From NCBI RefSeq assembly GCF_000341395.1, contig NC_020304.1, positions 3,450,001 to 3,482,000 on the forward strand: a stretch of DNA of 32,000 bases, written 5' to 3'. Source of the DNA: Desulfocapsa sulfexigens DSM 10523. Lineage in GTDB: Bacteria > Desulfobacterota > Desulfobulbia > Desulfobulbales > Desulfocapsaceae. Positions 24,378 through 32,000 of the stretch are shown here, piece by piece. Each line of letters starts with the position of its first letter. Within the stretch, counting starts at the first letter, position 1. Both the position numbers and the translations under genes were made by a program. The notes beneath the pieces are model-generated. The model was not told the origin of the DNA. It did no database searches and worked only from the letters and a program-made list of their open reading frames with translations.

Positions 24378-24887
24378 TTACCCCACTCCGCAGTCACTGG
24401 TTCCCCCCTTGATCTTATCCAGGGCGTGGGCCAGTGAGGGCAGCAGTACTGCAATATTTTCCCGAGCAGCCTTTTCACTCCCGGGTAAATTAATAATCAA
24501 AGAGTTTCCGCGAATACCAGCTATCCCCCTTGAGAGTACTGCATGAGGCGTTTTCTTCAGGCTTTCAGCCCGCATGGCTTCAGCCATTCCAGGGATCTCC
24601 TTCTCTATGACATCGGCCATTGCCTCAGGAGTTACATCCGTTGGCGCAACCCCTGTCCCACCCGTCGTCAGAATAAGATCGACTTTCTGCTCATCCACCC
24701 ATGAAATAAGGGTCTCAGTAATCCCTTTGGCCTTGTCGGGAATCACAGCGTAGGCCTTCTGCTGATACCCCAAATCATTTAAGGTCTTCAGTAGATACGG
24801 CCCACTGGTATCTTCTCGTTCTCCACGTGATCCCTTGTCACTCATGGTAAGAACCCCGAAGGTAAATCTGCCAGTATCAATCTTCAT
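24378..24887 (-). CDS. mog: MogA/MoaB-type molybdopterin adenylyltransferase (molybdenum cofactor biosynthesis)
   Basis: FGVLTMSDKGSRGEREDTSG and DLILTTGGTGVAPTDVTPEA are MoCF_biosynth-domain signatures. It lies 15 nt downstream of the EF-G paralogue. Confidence 0.88.
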   Translation of the reverse strand: MKIDTGRFTFGVLTMSDKGSRGEREDTSGPYLLKTLNDLGYQQKAYAVIPDKAKGITETLISWVDEQKVDLILTTGGTGVAPTDVTPEAMADVIEKEIPGMAEAMRAESLKKTPHAVLSRGIAGIRGNSLIINLPGSEKAARENIAVLLPSLAHALDKIKGGTSDCGVG

Positions 24888-24902
24888 TTCTTTACAATTT
24901 TC

Positions 24903-26960
24903 CTATTCTGCCTGGTTCGCCGCAACAACCTTCTCTGCGATCATAGCCGGAACTTCCTCATAATGAGAGAAACTAACGGTAAATGTTCCAAGTCCTCCTG
25001 TCATCGCTGTAAGATCTGCTGCATACAATAGAACCTCTGCCTGCGGAACCTGGGCCTTTATGATTTCACGCCCCTGATCCGCATCCATTCCCATAACCTT
25101 TCCGCGACGGGAATTCAAATCTCCCATGATATCCCCAACATGTTCCTTACCTACCACGATGGTCATATTCATAAAGGGTTCAAGAAGTACAAGTCCAGCC
25201 TCCTGGGCCCCTTTTTTAAATGCAAGAGAACCTGCAATCTTGAACGCCATCTCCGAGGAATCCACGTTATGGTAGGACCCATCTATCAGGCTGACCTTAA
25301 TGTCAACTACCGGATATCCAGCCATGACACCCTTCTCCATGGCTTCAAGGATGCCTTTTTCAACTGCAGGACGATACTGCTGTGGAATAACCCCACCAAC
25401 TATTTTATCTTCAAACTCAAAACCTTTTCCGCTATTTGGACCGATTTCAACGGTGCAGTCACCAAATTGGCCCCGGCCACCACTCTGTTTTTTATGTTTT
25501 CCCTGTACCGTTGCAGTTCCACGAATAGTTTCCTTGTAAGGAACCTTTGGCAAGGAAAGTTCCATCTCCACACCGAACTTGCGTTTAATCTTGGCCCCGA
25601 CCACATCGAGATGAACTTTTCCCACACCGGAAATGAGAACTTCACCGGTCTGCGGCTCCCTGGAAAGTCTGAGGGTAAGATCTTCATCAAGCATTCTGGT
25701 AATGGAGGAGAAAAGTTTTTCTTCATCACCTTTACTTGCACGAATAGCATAGGAAATAACGGGTTCCATAACATCCAGATCATCATAAATGATTGGTGCA
25801 GAGGCATCGCAAAGAGTATCTCCAGTGGTCGTTTCCTTAAGTTTGGCCACCGCAACAATCATTCCCGGTCCGGCACTCTCCACGGCCCTCTGTTCCTTTC
25901 CTTCTGGAATAAAAAGCTGGCCAAAACGCTCATCTGTTTCCTTGCTGCTGTTATAAAAGGTATCGCCCGAGAGGGTTCCAGAATAAATTCTAAAAATGGT
26001 TAAACGGCCAGCATAGGGGTCAGCCATGGTTTTAAATACCTGAGCTGAAAATTTTTCATCCGCTGCTGCCTTGCGTTCGACTGGTTCTCCATTTTTATCA
26101 ACGCCGATGAAATTTGGACGATCTGCTGGGGACGGCATAATATCATTAATGACATCAAGCAATGCTGACGTTCCAAAATTACTGGTTGCGGCGCCCAAAC
26201 ATACGGGTACGATAGCACCACTTGCAACCCCACCCTTTAATCCAGACTGCAGATCTTCCTGAGAAAGTTCACCATCTTCCAGGAACTTTTCAATCAGGTC
26301 ATCATCTGTTTCTGCAACCTGCTCCATCAGGCTTTCACGATAGAGGGCGACATCGTCTGCCATATCATCAGGAATATCGGTTTCCACAAGAGTACCTTTT
26401 CCACTTTCATCAAACAGGTAGGCCTTCTGACTCACCAGATCGACAAGACCACGGAATGAATCTTCTTCCCCAATAGGCAGGTGCAAAATAACGGGGGTAA
26501 CTGGAAGGGACTCCTTTATCTGATCAATGGTTCTTGTAAAATCTGCCCGCTCACGATCAAGCTTGTTAATCATGATGAGCGATGGCAGTTTTCTACTTGC
26601 TATAAAGTCAGCAAATTTAATAGTCTGCCCTTTAACGCCAAGAACAGCTCCAATGATAAAAACGGCCCCATCAACGACCTGGGTTGCCACGTAAGCTTCA
26701 TTGAGAAAATTATCATCACCCGGAGTATCCATAAAGTAAACATCATGCTTCTTCCATGAGTAATTATGAAATGAGTTATTAATGGAAACATTCCGCTTGA
26801 TTTCTTCATCTTCAAAATCGAGGGCCGAAGTTCCCTCATCAACCTTACCGAGACGTTTGATCTTACCGGCTGTGTACAGCATGGCTTCAGCCAAAGAGGT
26901 TTTTCCACAACTTCCGTGTCCAATGATCGCGATGTTTCTTATCTTACTGATATCCTGCAT
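24903..26960 (-). CDS. Elongation factor G paralogue (EF-G2-like translational GTPase)
   Basis: G1 IIGHGSCGKTS, G3 MDTPGDDNF, G4 INKLDRE, plus EF-G domains II-V (for example HKKQSGGRGQFGD). I chose the start at ATG 26960 (MQDISKIRNIAIIGH) because GGAGG (26970-26966) lies 5 nt upstream. The track's 27020 start adds 20 unsupported residues. Confidence 0.88.
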   Translation of the reverse strand: MQDISKIRNIAIIGHGSCGKTSLAEAMLYTAGKIKRLGKVDEGTSALDFEDEEIKRNVSINNSFHNYSWKKHDVYFMDTPGDDNFLNEAYVATQVVDGAVFIIGAVLGVKGQTIKFADFIASRKLPSLIMINKLDRERADFTRTIDQIKESLPVTPVILHLPIGEEDSFRGLVDLVSQKAYLFDESGKGTLVETDIPDDMADDVALYRESLMEQVAETDDDLIEKFLEDGELSQEDLQSGLKGGVASGAIVPVCLGAATSNFGTSALLDVINDIMPSPADRPNFIGVDKNGEPVERKAAADEKFSAQVFKTMADPYAGRLTIFRIYSGTLSGDTFYNSSKETDERFGQLFIPEGKEQRAVESAGPGMIVAVAKLKETTTGDTLCDASAPIIYDDLDVMEPVISYAIRASKGDEEKLFSSITRMLDEDLTLRLSREPQTGEVLISGVGKVHLDVVGAKIKRKFGVEMELSLPKVPYKETIRGTATVQGKHKKQSGGRGQFGDCTVEIGPNSGKGFEFEDKIVGGVIPQQYRPAVEKGILEAMEKGVMAGYPVVDIKVSLIDGSYHNVDSSEMAFKIAGSLAFKKGAQEAGLVLLEPFMNMTIVVGKEHVGDIMGDLNSRRGKVMGMDADQGREIIKAQVPQAEVLLYAADLTAMTGGLGTFTVSFSHYEEVPAMIAEKVVAANQAE

Positions 26961-27152
26961 GCAAACCTCCTTGAAAATAACAGTTGTGCCATCGTCTCGT
27001 CGATGGAATACAAGGATCAATCCTCAGACAAGCAAAAGCCCTTGATCAACTCCGAATAGGTAGAATATTTCTCTATCCATATATTCAATATTTTCAATGA
27101 AAGTCAAGGATGTTCGCTAATTCCCTATTCATTCACCATAAATAATGAAAAG

Positions 27153-28847
27153 GTGAAAAATGAGAGGACTTTATCTGGCAATGCACTGCAAAAGCCTGTA
27201 TACATACAGGGTTTATATTTATTAATTCTTTGTATTTACTCTACCTCCCGACCATACGTGAAAAAAGAAGCAAAACAGAGTGGAAAAATCGCCCGATCTG
27301 CCGGAACCGTGTCCATTGCAGTTATGTGCAGTCGAGTACTCGGACTTGTCAGAGAGCAGATTTTTGCCGGAATGTTTGGCGCAGGATTCGCCTACGATGC
27401 CTTTGTGGTCGCCTTCCGCATACCAAATCTCCTGCGTGATCTTTTTGCAGAGGGAGCATTGTCTGCTGCTTTTATTACGGTTTTCACTGATTATGACACA
27501 AACCGTTCCAAGCAGGAAACATGGCAGCTTGCTTCAAACGTTCTCGTCTTTTTCGCCATACTTCTTTCTGCCATCACTCTTCTGGGAATTTACTTTTCCG
27601 AACCTCTGGTAAACCTTCTTGCCTCGGATTTTTCAACAGTTACTGGAAAGCAAGAACTCACCATCCTCCTTACCAGAATCATGCTCCCCTTCCTCGTTTT
27701 TATTTCACTCGCTGCTGTAGTGATGGGGATACTGAACTCCAGAGGGAAATTTTTCATTCCTGCCATGGCTTCCGCCTTCTTCAATCTTGGTTCCATCGTT
27801 GGTGGCGTGAGTCTCGCATTTATTCTTCCAAAATTTGGTCAACCTGCAATTGTTGGAATGGCCATCGGAACACTTCTTGGTGGTTTGTTACAACTTTCTA
27901 TCCAGTTTCCTGCCCTGCTGAAATGCGGTTTCCGGTTTACTCCACGGCTTCCCTTTAAAGACCCCGGCCTTAAACGGATTATCACCCTGATGATTCCTGC
28001 TGTTATTGGCCTTTCCCCCACCCAGATTAATATCTTTATCAATACCAACTTTGCCTCCTCCTGCGTTGAAGGATCGGTTTCCTGGCTTAACTACGCATTT
28101 CGCCTGGTACAGCTTCCTATTGGAATTTTTGGAGTGGCACTCTCCATTGCCGCAATGCCCGTTCTTGCAAGACATGCCGCAAAGAAGGACATCGGCGGGA
28201 TGAAGGAAACCATGGTATCTTCGCTGACCATGGTCTTTGGCCTTACTATCCCGGCTTCCATTGGTCTTATGATGCTTGCTCAACCAATAATTCACATTAT
28301 CTTTGAAAGAGGTGCTTTTACAGCTTTTGATACGATAGCCACCGCTAATACCCTCACATTGTACGCTGTCGGACTTTTTGCTTATTCCTCAAACAAAATT
28401 CTCGTTCCGGTTTTTTATGCCTTGGAAGACACAAAATACCCACTTATTGCATCATTTATTGCGGTGGGTGCAAACCTGCTCATTATCAACCTGACCATAG
28501 ACTCCTACCAACATCTGGCAATTGCCCTTTCAACATCCTGTTCAATGATTCTTAATTTCTTCTTTTTAAGTGTGGTTCTTTACCTGAAAACAGGAGGATA
28601 TTCTGTAGGCTATCTCATAAAGGCGTTAGGGAAAATCATTGTTGCCGGAACCGTAATGGCCGGCTTTCTCCACTGGAGCAGAAGCCTTTTCACAACACAG
28701 TTAAATGGCTCATTTCTTCAGGCATCTTTTGTCCTCCTTATACTTATTATTGTTGCCGCTTCACTGTACGGCCTTCTCCTTCACCTCATGAAGCTGCGGG
28801 AACTCACGTCTGTAACAAGTAAAATATACGAAAAATTCGGACGATAA
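27153..28847 (+). CDS. murJ: Lipid II flippase MurJ (MviN)
   Basis: SRVLGLVREQIFAGMFGAGFAYDAFVVAFRIPNLLRDLFAEGALSAAFITVF is the MurJ N-terminal signature. About 14 TM segments. A more typical length (529 aa) would result from the in-frame GTG at 27258; the start is unresolved. Confidence 0.9.
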   Translation: MKNERTLSGNALQKPVYIQGLYLLILCIYSTSRPYVKKEAKQSGKIARSAGTVSIAVMCSRVLGLVREQIFAGMFGAGFAYDAFVVAFRIPNLLRDLFAEGALSAAFITVFTDYDTNRSKQETWQLASNVLVFFAILLSAITLLGIYFSEPLVNLLASDFSTVTGKQELTILLTRIMLPFLVFISLAAVVMGILNSRGKFFIPAMASAFFNLGSIVGGVSLAFILPKFGQPAIVGMAIGTLLGGLLQLSIQFPALLKCGFRFTPRLPFKDPGLKRIITLMIPAVIGLSPTQINIFINTNFASSCVEGSVSWLNYAFRLVQLPIGIFGVALSIAAMPVLARHAAKKDIGGMKETMVSSLTMVFGLTIPASIGLMMLAQPIIHIIFERGAFTAFDTIATANTLTLYAVGLFAYSSNKILVPVFYALEDTKYPLIASFIAVGANLLIINLTIDSYQHLAIALSTSCSMILNFFFLSVVLYLKTGGYSVGYLIKALGKIIVAGTVMAGFLHWSRSLFTTQLNGSFLQASFVLLILIIVAASLYGLLLHLMKLRELTSVTSKIYEKFGR

Positions 28848-29033
28848 ATAGTTCTGCTTCTTTCTAAAAGAGTAAAATAGCACTTGCTTTATTCGTTATA
28901 CACCCTAGAGTAGAGCCTGAGCTAGAGATTCAACTCAATCTCATGAAAACCCCGTAACCGCTGTGCACCCTTCCTGGTTAGGATTCCGCAGTTTTTTCTA
29001 TTTCAGAGTATCGTTAATCAGGATAAAAATATT

Positions 29034-30749
29034 ATGAAAACTTTTAAAGAATTAGGCATTGATGAAAACATCCTGAAGGGTCTTGAAGCTCTAGGATTTG
29101 AAACTCCCACAGCTGTCCAGGAACAGGTAATCCCACTGATGATTGAAAAACAGGTCGATCTTGTCAGCCTGGCTCAGACTGGAACAGGAAAGACAGCAGC
29201 TTTTGGAATTCCCCTGATCCAGTGGACCAATCCTTCAAAACGGCACACTCAGAGTCTTGTCCTGTGTCCCACCCGGGAACTCTGCATTCAAGTCGCCAAA
29301 GACCTTGAATCATTCTCAAAATTCGTACCCAAAATAAACATTCTTGCCGTCTATGGCGGTGCCCGTATTGACCAGCAGATAAACAGCCTTCAAAAGGGTG
29401 TTCAAATTATTATCGCAACACCGGGCCGCCTTAAGGATCTCCTTAACCGCAAGGCCGTTAATCTTTCTAAGATTAATTATGTGGTTTTTGATGAAGCTGA
29501 TGAAATGCTGCAGATGGGGTTCCAGGATGAGCTTACAGCTATCCTCGCTCACACTCCGAAGGAAAAAAACACCCTTCTTTTCTCTGCAACCATGCCACAA
29601 GAAGTCGCCAGGATTTCACAGAAATATATGTCAAATCCCATTGAACTCACGATTGGTACCAAGAATGCCGGTGCTGAAAATGTTCGTCACGAATTTTATC
29701 TGGTTCACCCCAAAAATCGCTACCTGGCTTTAAAACGGATTGTCGATAATTCACCCGACATTTATTCTATTGTTTTCTGTAGAACCCGTAAAGAAACCAA
29801 TGATATTGCTCATAAATTAATCCAGGATGGTTACAATGCGGATGCGTTACATGGGGATCTCTCTCAGGCCCAGCGTGATCAGGTCATGGGTAGATTTCGC
29901 TGTAGAAACATTCAGATCCTTGTAGCAACGGATGTTGCGGCAAGGGGTCTTGATGTGAACGACCTCACCCATGTGGTCAACTATAACCTGCCCGATGAAA
30001 CATCGGGATACACCCATCGCAGTGGCCGAACAGGAAGAGCCGGGCGCAAAGGGATATCCATCGCCATCATCGCTTCAAATGAACAGTACCGCCTTCGATT
30101 GATCGAAAATAAAATACAGAAAAAATTTATTCAGTGCAGAATCCCGACTGGAGAGGAAATCTGCAGAAAACAATTAATCAACCAGATCGATACCGTCATG
30201 GATGTAAAGGTAAACCATGACCAGATTGCGCCTTTGTATGAAGAAATTGCTGAGAAACTAGCCCACCTCGATCGTGAAGCCCTGATTAAACAATTTGTTT
30301 CACTCGAATTCAACCGCTTTCTCGAATACTACAAAAATGCAACCGATTTGAATATTAGTTCAACCCAAAAAGACGGTCGAGGCAGAACGGAAAGAGCTCC
30401 TGGAGAATTACAGAAGGACCTACTGCACCCCAAAAACAAATTCACCACTTTCAGTATAAATGTTGGGAGGCGCCAGGGTATAATGCCACAGGGGGTGATT
30501 GGGAAAATAAATGCAATTCAGGATGTTGGTAGGATAAAGATTGGAAAGATAGAAATATTGAGAAACTCAGCGACCATTGAAGCGGACAGTCGTTACACCG
30601 CTCAGATACTCGCAGCCTTTCAGCGTTCTGAAATAAACGGAAAGACGATCTCTATAGAAATCACAAAATCCAAAGGTCCTTCAAAAGCCTATGCAGGAAA
30701 ACGTAAGGGCAATTTTCACCGTAGAGAGCGAAAGCCACAAGCCGCCTAA
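29034..30749 (+). CDS. DEAD-box ATP-dependent RNA helicase with C-terminal DbpA-type RNA-binding domain and basic tail
   Basis: Q motif (FKELGI...GFETPTAVQ), AQTGTGKT, PTRELC, DEAD, SAT, HRSGRTGRAG. The C-terminal FSINVGRRQGIMPQGVIGKI is DbpA-like. Confidence 0.93.
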   Translation: MKTFKELGIDENILKGLEALGFETPTAVQEQVIPLMIEKQVDLVSLAQTGTGKTAAFGIPLIQWTNPSKRHTQSLVLCPTRELCIQVAKDLESFSKFVPKINILAVYGGARIDQQINSLQKGVQIIIATPGRLKDLLNRKAVNLSKINYVVFDEADEMLQMGFQDELTAILAHTPKEKNTLLFSATMPQEVARISQKYMSNPIELTIGTKNAGAENVRHEFYLVHPKNRYLALKRIVDNSPDIYSIVFCRTRKETNDIAHKLIQDGYNADALHGDLSQAQRDQVMGRFRCRNIQILVATDVAARGLDVNDLTHVVNYNLPDETSGYTHRSGRTGRAGRKGISIAIIASNEQYRLRLIENKIQKKFIQCRIPTGEEICRKQLINQIDTVMDVKVNHDQIAPLYEEIAEKLAHLDREALIKQFVSLEFNRFLEYYKNATDLNISSTQKDGRGRTERAPGELQKDLLHPKNKFTTFSINVGRRQGIMPQGVIGKINAIQDVGRIKIGKIEILRNSATIEADSRYTAQILAAFQRSEINGKTISIEITKSKGPSKAYAGKRKGNFHRRERKPQAA

Positions 30750-30768
30750 GCATTCAGCGACAGAGAAT

Positions 30769-30807
30769 CTGCAACAGGGTTCACCAACCACTTGATCCCT
30801 GTTGCAG
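30769..30807. terminator. Perfect 11-bp stem hairpin between the convergent helicase and phasin-like genes (candidate bidirectional terminator)
   Basis: ctgcaacaggg (30769-30779) pairs with ccctgttgcag (30797-30807). 17-nt loop. Flanks are only weakly T-rich. Confidence 0.5.
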
Positions 30808-30821
30808 TAAAAACTCTGCTT

Positions 30822-31127
30822 TTATGACTCCCTGGATTTTAGAGCCTCACGTAGCTCCGCTATCTCTTGTTTCAGCACATTCATTTCACTTTTTTTGGCA
30901 AGATCCATTTTTTTCAGAATTTCCTCTACTTTTTCCCCTATCTGTTTCTGGAGTTCCTGTCGTGACTCTTCGGAGCGAGTGACAAGGTCTTTGACCAGAT
31001 CCTTCCCTTCCTGTTCCGTCATTTTTCCTTTTTCAACAAAATCCTTGGCAACTTCTTCCAGTTTCTCTTTGGTTAGGGCAGCTACCCCGACACCTGCCAA
31101 TAATGTTTTCTTTACCAATTCAATCAT
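30822..31127 (-). CDS. Phasin-like coiled-coil protein (PHA granule-associated / COG3937-like)
   Basis: MIELVKKTLLAGVGVAALTKEKLEEVAKDFVEKGKMTEQEGKDLVKDLV fits the phasin-family pattern. I chose the start at ATG 31127 because of the AAAGGAGAAGGGA SD directly upstream. This ATG overlaps the dus stop (ATGATTGA). Confidence 0.65.
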   Translation of the reverse strand: MIELVKKTLLAGVGVAALTKEKLEEVAKDFVEKGKMTEQEGKDLVKDLVTRSEESRQELQKQIGEKVEEILKKMDLAKKSEMNVLKQEIAELREALKSRES

Positions 31128-32000
31128 TCCCTTCTCCTTTAACGGTTTCAAAAAACTTTGCTGCGATTTCGGCCGCCTCGACAACAGATCTGCAGTTCTG
31201 CACTCCTGTGGCCAAGTGATGGCCGAAGGAAAAATTTGAACTATAATAATGAGTAAACTGTTTTAAACGCCCGAGACACCGTTCCGGTAAAAAACGATCC
31301 TGCAACAACTCAATAAAACGAAAATATATATTTTTTACATTGTGTTCAGTTGAGATATTAAAATTGTATACCTCTTTGGCGATATTTGCAAACAGCCAGG
31401 GCCTGCATACTGCCCCCCTGCCTATCATCAGTCCATCTGCACCCGACTGTTCCAGACAGTTTCTGGCATCATTGACAGAAAAGATCCCTCCATTTGCAAT
31501 CACAGGTATTTTTACTGTTTTCTTTACCTTTCCAATCCAATCCCAACGTGGTCGTCTGCAAAACTTCTCTCCCTGCAAACGTCCATGAACCGTTAACAGA
31601 TCAACACCTTCGGCCTCAAGCATTTGACAAAATCGCAACAATCTCTTTTCATCCAGCTGTGCTCCAAGCCGTATTTTCGCACTGATGGGAAGATGGGTAA
31701 CTGCCCTTAGAGAACGTACGGTCTGCTGAGCAACATCGGGAGGCGTGAAGGAGCCAGCCCCTAATTTGCGGAGGGCAGGAGCGGGACACCCTAAATTTAA
31801 ATCAATCCCTTGAGCATTGAGGAGATGAAGCCTCTCCACTGCAGGAACTATGTCCTGATCTGGTCCTGCAAATATCTGATAAAAAAAAGGGGTCTCTTCT
31901 TGAGTACGGCATAGAAATGGAGAGACTGTTTCATTCTCGAAAGGAAGTCTTTGAACCGAAAGCATTTCACTGAAAAACAGGCCAATTCCACCTAACTCCA
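31120..32000 (-). CDS. dus: tRNA-dihydrouridine synthase (Dus family); the N-terminus runs off the right edge
   Basis: GIDLNLGCPAPALRKLGAGS, ISAKIRLG, LLTVHGRL and PVIANGGI are Dus TIM-barrel blocks. The frame stays open upstream of the track's Met (..ELGGIGLFFSE-MLSVQ) to the window end. Confidence 0.88.
   Translation of the reverse strand, partial: ELGGIGLFFSEMLSVQRLPFENETVSPFLCRTQEETPFFYQIFAGPDQDIVPAVERLHLLNAQGIDLNLGCPAPALRKLGAGSFTPPDVAQQTVRSLRAVTHLPISAKIRLGAQLDEKRLLRFCQMLEAEGVDLLTVHGRLQGEKFCRRPRWDWIGKVKKTVKIPVIANGGIFSVNDARNCLEQSGADGLMIGRGAVCRPWLFANIAKEVYNFNISTEHNVKNIYFRFIELLQDRFLPERCLGRLKQFTHYYSSNFSFGHHLATGVQNCRSVVEAAEIAAKFFETVKGEGND

Noticed and set aside
25140-26003. 287-aa plus-strand ORF inside the EF-G paralogue
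   Set aside because: It is antisense to a gene with unambiguous GTPase/EF-G motifs. It has no recognisable motifs or SD and is most likely a frame artefact.
26961-27020. 20-codon N-terminal extension of the EF-G paralogue (MILVFHRRDDGTTVIFKEVC)
   Set aside because: The internal ATG at 26960 has GGAGG at ideal spacing and gives the usual short N-terminus before the P-loop.
27230-28295. Alternative-frame and antisense ORFs within murJ (27230, 27280, 27521, 27590, 27839, 27888, 28006)
   Set aside because: All are embedded in a gene with a clear MurJ signature and a multi-TM profile. They are frame artefacts.
31128-31184. 19-codon N-terminal extension of the phasin-like ORF
   Set aside because: It lies within the dus coding region, and a strong SD precedes the internal ATG at 31127.

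Overview
This is a 32-kb bacterial chromosomal segment. I call 27 protein-coding genes. I saw no rRNA, tRNA or CRISPR array by eye. All functional calls come from motif recognition in the supplied translations plus my own reading of the DNA; no database search was run.

Left third (1-12.5 kb): a flagellar filament locus on the minus strand (fliC-flaG-fliD', with a sigma28-type promoter candidate). It abuts an AT-rich flagellin-glycosylation island. The island holds a 1103-aa alpha/beta-hydrolase::Maf fusion on the plus strand, converging on a tightly packed neuB-neuC-neuA-pyruvyltransferase operon. The island is closed by about 1.3 kb of gene-poor DNA containing a possible IS-transposase fragment and a 99-bp structured palindrome.

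Middle (12.5-16.2 kb): a co-directional cluster of two YcgR-like PilZ c-di-GMP receptors, a FliK-like protein, a free-standing FlhB C-terminal-domain protein and a YpfJ Zn-peptidase. Together with the hydrolase::Maf fusion, this cluster is the best candidate for an uncharacterised system.

Right half: ordinary housekeeping genes (pepA, CNNM/CorB-like, HtrA-like protease, mgtE, TPR-methyltransferase, DUF2065, purM, mog, an EF-G paralogue, murJ, a DEAD-box helicase, a phasin-like protein, dus').

Gene content is compatible with a Desulfobacterota/deltaproteobacterial-type genome, but the taxon is only a guess.
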